From NCBI GenBank assembly GCA_002633005.1, contig NMRA01000013.1, positions 893,348 to 957,347 on the forward strand: DNA of 64,000 nt, written 5' to 3'. Source of the DNA: Phoronis australis. Its lineage: Eukaryota; Animalia; Phoronida. Below the pieces are notes generated by a model, which worked only from the letters and a program-made list of their open reading frames with translations, did no database searches and was not told where the DNA came from. Numbering within the stretch: the stretch's first letter is position 1; each line of letters begins with the position of its first letter. Shown piece after piece: positions 25,470-38,601 of this stretch. The position numbers and the translations under genes are program-made.

Positions 25470-25541
25470 TTAAGCGGGTTACACAACACACTGTAGGGAA
25501 ATACCACCCACTAAGGATCATAATGATGAAGTGATTATGTG

Positions 25542-27207
25542 TTTTTTATGCGCCCACATATTTATATGTGGACGCATTATGCCGTCATCTCTGTCCGTCC
25601 GTCCGTCCGTCCGTCCGTCCGGCGTCCGGCGTCCGCTGCTCTATCTCCAAAACCCTTCGACATACGTTCATGAAATTTGGCACATATGTTCCATTCATGA
25701 ATGGGACGGCATGTGCGAACTTTCGGACGGATCCGACTACCGATGTGCCCCCTAGTGGCAATTTTAGTTTTTTACGCTTACCTTTGTATCTTCAAAAGTC
25801 CTGAACGGATTTTCATGAAATTTGGTATGTAGGCACCTAGTAGTGAGATGACGCTATCCTNNNNNNNNNNNNNNNNNNNNNNNNNNNNNNNNNNNNNNNN
25901 NNNNNNNNNNNNNNNNNNNNNNNNNNNNNNNNNNNNNNNNNNNNNNNNNNNNNNNNNNNNNNNNNNNNNNNNNNNNNNNNNNNNNNNNNNNNNNNNNNNN
26001 NNNNNNNNNNNNNNNNNNNNNNNNNNNNNNNNNNNNNNNNNNNNNNNNNNNNNNNNNNNNNNNNNNNNNNNNNNNNNNNNNNNNNNNNNNNNNNNNNNNN
26101 NNNNNNNNNNNNNNNNNNNNNNNNNNNNNNNNNNNNNNNNNNNNNNNNNNNNNNNNNNNNNNNNNNNNNNNNNNNNNNNNNNNNNNNNNNNNNNNNNNNN
26201 NNNNNNNNNNNNNNNNNNNNNNNNNNNNNNNNNNNNNNNNNNNNNNNNNNNNNNNNNNNNNNNNNNNNNNNNNNNNNNNNNNNNNNNNNNNNNNNNNNNN
26301 NNNNNNNNNNNNNNNNNNNNNNNNNNNNNNNNNNNNNNNNNNNNNNNNNNNNNNNNNNNNNNNNNNNNNNNNNNNNNNNNNNNNNNNNNNNNNNNNNNNN
26401 NNNNNNNNNNNNNNNNNNNNNNNNNNNNNNNNNNNNNNNNNNNNNNNNNNNNNNNNNNNNNNNNNNNNNNNNNNNNNNNNNNNNNNNNNNNNNNNNNNNN
26501 NNNNNNNNNNNNNNNNNNNNNNNNNNNNNNNNNNNNNNNNNNNNNNNNNNNNNNNNNNNNNNNNNNNNNNNNNNNCGTGTATGTGCTTACTATAAGGAAG
26601 ACAGCTGACAATGATTTTCAGACGATTTGGACTACTGTGGCGCCTCCTAGTGGCAGTTTTGTTTTTTTGCGCCCATGGCTGTATCTCCCAAACCGTTTGC
26701 AGGATCTTTACTAAATTTAGCAAGTGTATTTATGTGATGTTGACAACGGACGATGACGACTTTAGGATGATTCTGACTACCGGTATGCCTCTTGTGGCAA
26801 TTTTAGTATTTGCCTCTAGTGGCAATTTTAGTATTTTACATTGACCTCTGTATTTTCATAGGTCTTCAGGTGTATACTTTGTGTTACTTCGTGACTGTGA
26901 AGGAAAAGTTCTAAGTAGAAATTTGTTTCTGGCATTCTAATGCTGTGCTAATCTCGTATGTTGGTAAATTTGTTTTTAATTCTATGTTTCTGTGGTGCTT
27001 TAAGCAAATGGTGTTTAGGATGTGCTTGTATTATGAAGATAACTCACATTTTGCCCCTAGCCTATTGAGGAGACTATGACCATGCCTTTCCATTTTGCAA
27101 AGTATGCCCTCTACTGGCCAATTTATGGTACCAATAAACAACCCTAGAAGGATACCGTATGCGGTGCAATTGTGGGCGCATTTCAGTGCTCCGCGTTGCT
27201 CTTGTAG
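25542..27207 (+). mobile_element. Helentron-associated non-autonomous element (HINE/DINE-1-like), copy 1, spans an N gap
   Basis: T-run start; subTIR ATGCGCCCAC plus adjacent inverted TATGTGGACGCAT; (GTCC)n microsatellite; internal tandem repeats; 3' GTGGGCGCAT followed by a short stem-loop. Confidence 0.75.
25861..26575. other. Assembly gap (N run)
   Basis: 715 N inside the tandem array of HINE copy 1. Confidence 1.
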
Positions 27208-30200
27208 TTGAATCCTGCATGTACCACTTGCATGAGGTGCAATTGGTACAATAGCAGGGGACAGAATGAGGATCGATTGAAATCACCAAAGCAGAATTTA
27301 TGTGCTTTTAATTAAAATTTGGTCACAGTTCTGTTGATTGCTTCTTCATTGTTGTCAACACTCCAGCCTACATCACATCACTGATTTTCTGTTTGAACCA
27401 GGAAACTTGATCAATTCAAGTGAGTTTAAGATGTACTCACAAACGTAATTAATTAAGTAGGCTCCGACACAACATGAAAACTAACGATGAAAACTAACGA
27501 TGCGTGAACAATTTCGAAATTTTCCCTGTGTCACTGTAGTACAGTTTCAGGAAGTAAAGAATGCATTTCCTTTAAGTAATACTATTAATGTAAACTGGTC
27601 AGCGATTCAACAATGAGCGTCATCGACTGTACATCCACAGGCTGTTTTCATCACGTAAGGGTGGATGCAGAGGAAATCTCGACTGCTTACATTGATTGAT
27701 AGATTGTTGGCTGACTGATGCATGAAGCGAACATAGGAACAACTTGATACTCACTAGGTGATGATACTAAATAAAGGTCTCTTTGACATCTGAATGGATT
27801 GAGACAACAGAAAAAACACAAACGTATCCGAAGGGCAAGAAGGCCAGTACAAACGTGCCTGAGAAGCACCCCACCTGGTAGCCAGTTGTTGTTTAGCCCA
27901 ATTTTATAGCAGTAGAGGCATTGTTGGCTGTGTTGTCACCAAGCTGGTCATTGTTTTATCAACCAGGTAGTGGCCCATTTAAATGTGTCACCACTAATGG
28001 CAAACGGGCTGCAGCAATAGGTTGAGTCAGGTCATGGAGAACACTGCGAGAGGAGAAAGCAGTGTTTCAACATGGCTGTGTTTGTTATAAGCCACTCTTG
28101 TGACCTGCCTGAATGAAGACATTTCTATGGGAAAGCCCTTTGCTTCACTAGCGACACCTAGTGAATTTTGAGTTCTCCATTAGATCTTAACACACTGAAA
28201 CAGCTCTAATTATAAATCAAAACTATGACATTGACAGATACTGTTGATCATTACTGCTGAGAAATATGCAGGTCATGGACCCCATATCTTGACAAAACAA
28301 TGCGATCACATCATCACATGTGTCTAGTTAACATTGATCATTAAGCAATGCACTTCAAGTCCTTTCAACAACCCTCCAATATTTACTGTAAGACTGTTCA
28401 AGCTTTCCAAGGTCAAAAGCAAAAACTTCAGAACCAGTTTGAAAGATTACAATGGAACAAGTGCCACTCAGAGTTCCATCCTGGACTTAGGACAAACACA
28501 AAATGAAGTTGAAATTGAAAACCATGCATACACCACAGTGTGACTGTGACAGTGATGGCAGTTGTGATCCTCAAGCTTGTACTAAAGACAAATTTTAGGA
28601 AACCACCCTCTCATAAGTTTGCTGAAATTGACCACCACACACCTCTTGAGCCCTCTTGGAAAGCAGTGCTGTCACTGAAGAGGTCACCCTCATTTTAAAT
28701 ATTACTAAAAAAAATTCTGATTAGAAAACATCACTGCTGAGCAAAAATTGTGTACTAGTGAAAATGAATACGTAATATAACTTCCATGGCTACTGTCGAT
28801 GTTTGTAGGTCGAACGGGAAAAACTATAATTAAAAATTGGATATTGGAAACACTATCCGATAATTGCAATTTATTTTCAGTCAGTATTTTATTGTTGTTC
28901 CAAACAGGAACTTAAATTATGTCTGTGATAAGGTAATTGATGACGCCAACAGATTTCCAACAAATCTATCCACTAACAACAAGGTGGCGCTCTGCATCCA
29001 TAAACTGGATCTGTTAGCGTGGAAAATATTCCAGACAATCTGTAAGGTGCTTTAATTCTAATTTATGTTTCCAATTAAGTACATGCGATGACACTTTGTG
29101 AATGAACGCAGAAGTTTCTAACTGAAATATAGTACGATCATTCTTCAATTATTTAGCACACAATATGGCTGATAATTGAATTTGGGCTTTGTTAAATTTC
29201 TTCGCAACAGTAAAGATTAAGATCCTTTTAGTCCATGACGAGCATGACTTGCACTGTGTAGATGTTGTAAAGCAACATTTGCCTTGAAGTTCCCATTATT
29301 TGCAAGAAAGTAATCAGCTGTTAAAAAATGGAAAAATGACCGTTTTGGCAATTATTTTTGCACAAAATAAGTGACGAATTTCCATACTATCTGTCTGTCA
29401 TGTCCTGAGGCCTTCACAGGTGTAGCGTAAATGTGTTGTGCGGGTTATTAAAAACATATGTGGCATTGATTGAGCTTAGAATTCCTTGGTATTGAATTGG
29501 TACCTTTGACAGTTACCATTCCGTGACAGTCTAACTAGATGTGTGTTTAGATATTAAATATTTTCTAACACAACCTCAAGGGTGAAATCCATGTGTTATT
29601 TCACTGAGGTCAGGGATCTTACTGGCTAATGCCTGGCTAATTTTGTACAACTAATATTGTCAAAATTGAGGTTTTTTGTTTTCAAGAAATTCTTTTATTT
29701 GGAAAATATGTAGAAATAAAATTTCACTCGTCTACAAATTGAGCCCAGAATTGGTGACAGTTTTACTGAAGATAGCATAGTCCCATTCGCACACATGATT
29801 GTTTTGCACTGCTTTAAAACCATGTCGTGAACAGGTAATGCTGCATGCTTGACACGAACCAACTAACCCCTGATGGATCTTGCCATCCACTGGAAATCTG
29901 TGGAACAGAAATTTTTCAAAAGCTCATGATGTTTGGATTTGGTTGCATAACGACTTCAGGCATATTGAGTAAGGTTCAAAGAAGGGCAACAATGGTTTAG
30001 TTTGATACAAGCTGACCTTGGCAATGAAGTGCATGTAAACAAAGATGGCAAGTAATGATCCAGACCTGGAACATCAGTTTCAGAGTGATGCATAATTAAT
30101 TGGGCCCACGGGAATTTAATTAACTTCAAAATTCGTGTAGGATAACCATAAAATCATAATATAAACACTAAAAAACAGTTGCCTTCCCTTTAACAGATTA

Positions 30201-31791
30201 TGACTGACTATTGATGTAATAATTTACAGCGGCCTTTGTTTTGGGAAAAACTTTTGGAAATAAAATTTCACTTGTCGGCCATGTTGAGTGCTAAATGAAG
30301 AATTGCCGCCATGTTCCTCTCTGTCTTTCTTACAATACGAAAAATACAATTCTCTTAAGGAAACTACAAGAATGTCAGTAACTTCAGTGCAATCCCGTTT
30401 TTGTTCTTCAAGCTGAATAATTACCAGTGGGTGTTTACCTTGGGATTATCTTTAAACAGTCTGTTGGAATAGTAGAACCAAGGAGTGAGAGGTGGGGGTG
30501 CACACAGTCTCTGACACACAGAAAGATCAACTGCACATCTGGTCTGATGTTATTTGGAGATCATGATCATGTGTTTCTCACTGACTAATTTTATGGTCAG
30601 CCTTGTGAAACTACATAGTGGCATTATACAGTGAAGTTTATCATGAGGGTAGTGGTCGATTCCGTTCATTTTATCCAGGTGTAACAAAATACAGCAGAGT
30701 ATAATGGCGGTTAGTCAGAAACCTGAGAGCTCAGACTCACTTTCAAGGGAGTCAAATGTTGAGTACCAGTTGAAATCATTGTGTTTAAAGTTTTAAGAGC
30801 CAATGAACCCACTGTATTTTAAGAAGGCAGTATTACTGTTATTCCCACAGGTGCTGACAGGTTTTAAAACGCAAGTTTTTGAAGAAATTTGCTGTGTTCT
30901 ACCTTCACTGTTGTTACAAAGCATATTACCTGGATTATAAAAGAATCATTCTCTATTCTATTCCGGTGTCTCACAAATATAAGGGTCCCAAATTATGGAA
31001 ATCTGCCTACTCACTTATTTAAAAACAGGCTGGGTGCCTATTATTTTCGTTGAAGGGACATTTTGCATTTTGTTATTAGCTGAAAATCTGTTGTTCTTTA
31101 ATTACTAAATATCGACAGTTTTAATTGTTGGACAGTAACTGACTACATTTTGAACTGAACAAGAATTGGATTATTGCGAACATGTATCCAAGTGGCCACA
31201 ACACTATAAGTCTCATCCACTGCGTCCACACACACACACATATCGGATTACCAGGGTAGGGCGGAAGTTGTTACTTTGTGCTTGAACAGTTGATGTGAAT
31301 ATGGAGCGCAAAAGAAAACCAGTCAATACGTAACTGCAGCTGATAATTACTTCTGCCTTGCCCCAGGTTTGCAGCCACACGGTGATTAGAAGTGGCACAA
31401 GTTACCCTAGTACAAGTCACTCTACCTCGATAAGGTAGATTAAGTTGTCACAAGGTGGGGCTAGTTGGACTACCTTAAATAGCATTCAGACGTCTTTAAA
31501 CCTAGCGACAATTCAATCCAGGAGTATCTTGTTCTAGAGTAAGTCTGTGTGTGGATGGTACTCTAGATATCATTGTGCTCATCTGCAATTGGCATTGCAA
31601 AAGGATTGTTACCCTGAATTCACATACTATTTTTGGCCGTATTATGGACAGGAGTTGTTGGGTCTGACCCAGAGCTAGGGTTGCAAAGTATCACAACTTC
31701 TCACAACGCAATGGAGGCGCGATGTACCGTAATACCCTCGCAAAACATGCGTTTCCTACCAAAATATCTACTAAAGGGTTAATTAACTTAA

Positions 31792-32681
31792 AGGCGAAGG
31801 CAACCCTTTTTCATGTCTTTTTAGCAAAAATAAGGTTCGTTGGTTATCCAAGACATATTTTCCACTTGATTACAGCTGTTCCTAATTTGATTAAGTATTC
31901 GTTCTCTACTCCGGAAGTGACGTTTTGGGAGGCAAGCATTTCGCGCCACTTTCTTTTCATACAGTCTGACTGTGAGAGCTACGGAGTCAGTCTTGGTTGT
32001 TATAAGTTCGGTCGTCATTTGTTATTGTTTACCAGTCGGTCAACATGCCACACTGTTGCTGCGTACCGGGAATTATTGTCTCACGGACAGAGTAACAACT
32101 GTCCCATTTGCCAGAGTGTACTGCGACATACTCCCACTGGATAGTGACCTGAGCACACAAACTGCTTACACCCTGCCGTGTGACTCCCTCGCCAGATTGT
32201 TGAGTGACCTGGCACCTTCTAAATAGGTCCAATACTTTAAACAAGTCCACAATAAACTTATCAAAGTTTGGCTCACCGTTCCGTTCATTGAACGACGAAC
32301 TGTACTCTTCATTGACTGGACCTGTATTCACTCCCACTACTCAACATCGCAGCAGGGCTACTTACAGGCTTTGGGCCATAATGAGTACATCCCGGTATGC
32401 AGCAACAGTGTGGCATGTTGACTGACTCGTAAACAAAAGCAAACGACGACCGAACTTATCACAATCGAGGTAGATCAATGACTGACTCGACAGCTCCCAT
32501 AGTCAGACTATATGAAAAGAAATTGGCACGAAATGCTTGCCTCCCAAATCATCACTTCCGGAGTAGAGAACGAATATTTAATTAAATTACGAAAAGCTGT
32601 AATTAAGTTGAAAATATGTCTGGGATAACCAACAAACCTTATTTTTGCTAAAAATGACATGAAAAAAGGTTGTCTTCGCCT
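31792..32681. mobile_element. Palindromic Kolobok-like MITE with ~280-bp inverted arms
   Basis: TTAA|AGGCGAAGGCAACC ... GGTTGTCTTCGCCT|TTAT. Arms 31792-~32070 and ~32390-32681 are imperfect reverse complements. Each ends in a THAP-like start (MPHCCCVPG on +, MPHCCCIPGCTHYG on -). Confidence 0.8.
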
Positions 32682-33144
32682 TTATTAGGGAGTTCGACAC
32701 TAGGAAGAGGATCATTATTACAATGGTGCAGATGTATGGAAAACTTTTCATTTTTGATATTTTAAAGTCTTGTGTTACAAATTATGTACTCATTTTCTAC
32801 AGCATGGAATCTCTTTTTGTGCCACTTTGGCCTTTTGGGTTAAAAATAAAGGTAAGGTTTATGGAATTAGCCTCCTACATTAAATGGTGTGTTTCTGGAA
32901 CAGAATCTGACAAAAAGGTCACTTTTTCATGGAAGCTCCCTTAAAGTATCCTTTTTTTCCAGTCCACTCTCTAAATATTAGTTAGGTATCCCTAATGTTG
33001 CACTGAGGTGCACCACTAACTAAAATATAGTGTGTCTGGTCAATAAACAAAGATTTCTCCCCGCAAGTGTCTTACGTCAGTGCCTTTCACCGTGGAATGC
33101 AGCTATAGCCAATTGTAAGGCATTTGTGATGAATGAAGTACTTA

Positions 33145-35138
33145 CCGTAATCGTTCGGGTTAACACCCTGGGCGGTTAAGTTGGCGAATCCAAAAAATCG
33201 GGGGAGGGCGGTTAACCGAGCAGTGGGCGGTTAAATCGAAAATCCACCTAAAGTAGGGGATGGGCGGTTAACCGAACATGGGCGCTTATTACGACAGACA
33301 ACTGCCCTGGGCGGTTAATCTTACCTGGCGATCTAAATCCGGACACGACAATCATACTCGGAACGCGTAGCCCTTTTCAAAGAGCTTTATCGTCACGTCG
33401 CCAAATGACTGTGAAAACATAACAGCGGATGATCCCAACAAAGGTTCTCTTGCCCTCAGATTAGTCATTCACTATTAAATTTACAAAATTACTGAGTAAT
33501 AGCCCCGTGCCGTCCTGCGGTGCGCAGACGACCAGTGACATCGCAGCCTCCACTAGAATTAAAACTGCTTAAGTGCGTGCGTGCAAGCTTCACGTGTTGC
33601 AGAGGTCAGACATCAAATTTATGGTTACAGTCTCGTACTATATGAGAGCAGTTTTAAAATAGGTTGTAATAAAAGTTTGAAAAACTTAACTCTGTTGTTT
33701 TTTGTGTTTGGGATGTTATAGTCGACACTCCGTGACTCAATGACATTTTCAGCGTATGGTTCTGCGGCTAGCTGTCTTATCTCGACAGCCTGGCATTGCT
33801 CTCTTGCCGTTGCGCCAAACATGCTGTGCAAAGAAGACGAGGATCGGGGGTGATCGAGCCAGTCGTCGATCAAGAATAAAATTTCAAGCAACCGCATAAA
33901 TATGTTACAAAATGTCAGAAAACAGCAATGTTTCAATTCATTATTCTAAACGACCACCTTACCAAACTTCGTGGTATAAAAACATTTATTTTTCATGCAA
34001 GATGTCCAGATTATCCTATTTATATCACTTGTAATATCGCACTGCGGCACTATTCGGTCCCGCTGTTATCGCGCAATGTCTCAGTCGGCTGACAATCGTG
34101 ACTTGGAAATGCTGTCAAGTAATATGACGGCCTCTTTCAATATGCATCTCGTTTTTTATGGCCAAAGATAGTGGCGGTATTCAGCACGCACGTAACACCT
34201 ACGTGTGAGTCACCTGTCAATCACATGTTGGTGTCAAGGTAACATGCACTCCAAAGTGTGGGAACTTGCGCACGTGCACTACTACAAATCAGTCACACAT
34301 AGCGACAGTCCGAAGTAACAAAAACGGGCGTGACTGTGCTTTTAAGCTGTTGTTACGAAAGACCCAGTTCTTTACGATATTCCTCCGTTGCCAATGTTCC
34401 CCAAAACTGCGATGTCAAGTCTATTGCCATATTTCCTGGCTGGATGCTCCCTAAGCCCATCCCTGTAACTAGCTGTGTGAACTCTCCTACCCACTATCGT
34501 CAAGCAGTCTACGTCGTAGATATTTCAGACTCGAATGGTAAGAATTTTTGTTCAGGCTGAAAATGGCCAATGTATAAACAAAATTATTCTGGATGGCTAA
34601 AAAGGGGATGTGGAAACGATAATTCACACAGTCACGCTTACGTGCAGGCTGACGCAAGAATAGTAAAGAACAGCCAGCGACATTNACTCAGCGCCGCAGA
34701 CAAAGTCGCTGAAAGCGGAGGTTTTGACGCCGGCAGCGTTCTTAAACTTTGCAAACAAGGGAAGAAAATAAAGTGACAAAAAGGTTCAAGTATTATATTT
34801 TGAAGTGAGTTCATGACCCAAGACAATAACTCGTTACCTGTATTGTAATTCAGATTGCTAAACCACCGTCTCGGAGTCCTGGCGTCGTTGCACTCATTGT
34901 GATCGTCGATCTTTTTCTAAAAGACGGGGAATCGCGCGTTTCCTTAGCACTAGGCGCTAAATCTTCATTCTTTAAAAGTCGGGGATGGGCGCTTAACCGA
35001 GAGGTGGGCGCTTAACAGGAAATCTTCAAAAATCGCAGAGGGGCGCTTAACTGAGCAGTGGGCGGTTAAATCGAAAATCCACTTAAAGTAGGGGGTGGGC
35101 GGTTAACTGAGCATGGGCGTTAACCCGAACGATTACGG
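33145..35138 (+). mobile_element. Non-autonomous Tc1/mariner (pogo-like) element with TA TSD
   Basis: TA|CCGTAATCGTTCGGGTTAAC ... GTTAACCCGAACGATTACGG|TA, with multiple subterminal GGGCGGTTAA/GGGCGCTTAA repeats at both ends. No intact transposase. Confidence 0.85.
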
Positions 35139-35260
35139 TAACTAACGCTGGAGAGATGAATGTTAGCACCCGAACTTGCAGTACACCCCTAAACCCCGCC
35201 CCCATTCTACAGAATCTTCCTTTGATGTTTTCTTTCTGGAAACCAATTTTTTCTCATGCA

Positions 35261-36974
35261 TTTTTGTGCGCCCACATATTTGTGGACGCATTATGCGGTC
35301 ATCTCCGTCCGGCCATCCGTCTGGCGTCCGGCTAATCCCCTGCTCTATCTCCAAAACCCCTTGACGTATTTTCATGAAACTGCGCATGTGTTCCGTTCTT
35401 GGATTGGACGGCATGAATGAACTTTTGGATGAATCGGACTACAGGCGTGCTCCCTAGTGGCAATTTTAGTTTTTTACGTTTACCTCTGTATCTTCAAAAG
35501 TCCTCAACGGATTTTCATAAAATTTGGTATATGCGCACCTATTAGTGAGATGATGCTATTTTCTCGTTGTTGGATGGATTCAATGTAGTTTGCATCACCT
35601 AGTAGCGATTTTTAATGTTTTCAAGTCTGTTTTTGGCATCTACCACTCAACCAAACCGCTCAAAGGATGATTGTGAAAATTGGCATGTATGTTTTTACTA
35701 TGAAGAGGACGGCTGACGATGATTTTCCACCGACTTCCTACTGCTGTGGCTCCTAAAGTGTTTGCAGGATCTTTACTAAATTTAGTAAGTGTATTTACAT
35801 GATGTTAACAACGGATGAAGACGACTTTCGGACAGATCTGACTACTGGTGTGCCACCTAGTGGCAGTTTTATTTTTTTACGCTTAGCTCTATCTTCATAG
35901 GTCTTCAAGGTAGTTTCATAAAATTTGGAATACAGGCATCTGTTAAGCAGGTGACATAATTATCTTTCCGTTTTCACTGGGATTCAACCTAGTTTGCGAC
36001 ACTTTGTGGCCATTTTTACTGTTTTCGAGTCTGTTTTTTGGCATCTACCTGTCTATCGGCCAAACTGCTTTCAGGATAATTGTGAAAATTGGCATGTATG
36101 TTTTTACTCTGAAGTGGACGGCTGACGATGATTTTACGACAACTTCGACTACTGTGGTGCCTCCTGGTGACAGTTTTGTTTTTTTATGCTCATGGCTGTT
36201 TATCCTAGACCGTTTGCAAGTCTATTTGTGTGATGTTGACAATGGACGATGATGACTTTCAAACGGATCTGACTACTGGTGTGCCTCCTAGTGGCAGTTT
36301 TTTTAATTTTTATGTTTACTTCTGTGTCTTCAAAGGTCCTCAACAGATTTTCATAAAATTTTGAATATAGGCATCTATTGGTGAGATGATGCTATTCTCC
36401 TGTTTTCGGAGGGAATAGAAGTATTTTGCGCCACTCAGTGGCCATTTTTGCTGTTTTTGAGTCTTGCTTTTTTGGCGTCCATCCCTCTATCAACCAAATC
36501 ATTCTAAGGATGATTTTGAAAATTGGCGTATATGTTTTTAGTGTGAAGAGGACATTTGATGGTGGCGACTTTGACTACTGTGGCGCCTCGTAGTGGTAGT
36601 TTTGTTTTGTTTTGCGCCCATAGCTGTATCTCCTAAACATACTGCAGGATCTTTATATTAAATTTAGTATGTGTATTTATATCAAGCTTACAGCAGACGA
36701 CGACGACTTTCAGACGGATCAAACGAATGCTGTATCCCCTAGTGGCAATTTCATTTTATTTTGTTTTTCTTTGTTTTGTCTGTAGTTCCTTGACAGATTT
36801 TTATGAAATATGGTGAATAGTTTTCTATTAAAGAAGCAATCATATGTTCCCGGTTTGGGATTGTATGTTTTTGCGCCATCTAGTGGCCATTTTTTATGAT
36901 ACAAATAAACCCTAAAAGCAAACCATTTGTGATGCATTCGCGGGCGCATTTCAACGCTCTGCGTTGCAACAGTC
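35261..36974 (+). mobile_element. HINE/DINE-1-like element, copy 2 (complete, ~11 internal repeat units)
   Basis: TTTTTGTGCGCCCACATATTTGTGGACGCAT start; degenerate GTCC repeats; ~110-160-bp tandem units; 3' GCGGGCGCAT + CAACGC-TCT-GCGTTG stem-loop. Confidence 0.8.
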
Positions 36975-38601
36975 AAACTATGGTGGGTAAAAATTTGAAA
37001 TTTTATTGCTTTGGTGCTGACTCCTTCATTCTGGAACAATCAAGCTAAGTGCGATACGGTTTATTGGTTTTCTCAATTCCCTATAGCCATAAAGTCCCAT
37101 TTCAGAATTTCTAGTTTCATCATTTGGAATTTGACCCTTGTCTGACGGTGTCTAATCAAATCGATACTGCCTTTTAAATTTATGACACTGAAGCCTAATA
37201 ATTTATGTTTCTGACATGAAACAAAAATGTGCACTCATAAATTATGTGGTAATGATGACCATGCATCATCAGAACAGACAATATTAAGAACTTAGAAACA
37301 AAATCACTCCAATTTAGGTTAACAAGAATTATTAATATTTCCTTTTTTCAATTTTTGAGGGCTTCTATCATTGTATGAAATTTTACAAAATATCCTGTAG
37401 GTTGCTATAATACAGACTTTGTATGAAATGTCACATGTCCGCCATATTGGGCCCAGAAGTGGTGAGATTTAAGGGGCCAAGATGTGATAAATTACATTTT
37501 TTTCTGTGTGGAAGCTAGACAAAGTGAAACTCTTCTTTTCATTTTTTACGCGATTACCAGCAACAAGAAATAAGAAATAGTTTTGGAATTTAAGCATCTA
37601 AGTCTGCCATTGTGTTTCTCTCAATATGGGAGAAATATGTAGTCTTCTAAGACTTGTTAATGTGGAAAGATTTTAACAATATTTACCTAAGTCATTGAAC
37701 ACATTGGTGTCTTGGTATGGTGTGTTGAGCGATTTTACAACAAAACTTGTAAGATAGGGACCCTGTTTGCATAAACTCAATACTAACTGCTGATAAAATG
37801 CTTAATCCATGTTAAGAACCAGAGTTCCGACAGCAGGAATTCTCTCAGTTTTCTCCTGCTGACAAATAGTTGTTCAGTTTAATTGCCCTGGGTTTTGTTA
37901 CCTGTAGTTAATTGTGGCACATTGTATTTATTCATTGGTTATTCCACAGGATTTGGCAAATTTCTCAAACTAAAAATTATAGATATTAGTCTGTTATTAG
38001 CTTTTCTTGGACTCTCTGTGGTTGCTTGCTTGTTTGCTAGGGAGAAGAGGTCAAATCGTCAACAAGTGGGGCTTTATACCAACTATCTGGCATGACTGAT
38101 GGAAGAAGTGTAAATGTGAATATAGTTTGTAGTCTGTTGTACACAGAGATATATCAGTGCTTAATTGGGATATGTTCAAGAAATGTGTTTCAGTAAGTTG
38201 CGGTTGCGCCTTTTCGGTGTGAATTTTTCTAATGTCACTGACTTTTGTTTACGTTGCTGTCCAGTGTTTTCACACAGTATGAATAACACACGGGTTAAAT
38301 CAGTATTTCTGACATTATTGACACTGTAGCTAGAGAGAACAGTTGGTTCGCAAAGATGTTGACAAGGCTAAAAATCAGTCACACTCCGCCATTTTCTTTC
38401 TTTGTTGTAAAGCTAACCAATGACTGCTGAGGTTACATGAACCAGTGATAAAACACTGCTGAATGATACATGCGTGTCCCCATCCCCCTAGCAGACATAC
38501 AGGGAACCTAAGCAAGTGTTTGGATTATGGTCAAGCTTAGGTTATTTGAAGCAAACTGGAAAACCGACAGTTTTAGCAAGTTAAAAAGAGAATTATTGTA
38601 T

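Noticed and set aside
25778-26723. Long ORFs of 277-289 aa in the track (and those at 39484-39859)
   Set aside because: They are runs of X across assembly gaps.
32803-32851. Alternative exon-2 candidate (good acceptor and donor, phase 2 to 0, MESLFVPLWPFGLKIK)
   Set aside because: Only 49 nt with no convincing alpha2/delta similarity. 54001-54082 fits length and sequence far better.
35440-36890. CRISPR-like regular repeats
   Set aside because: Whole units are homologous tandem repeats with no unique spacers, there are no cas genes, and the context is eukaryotic.
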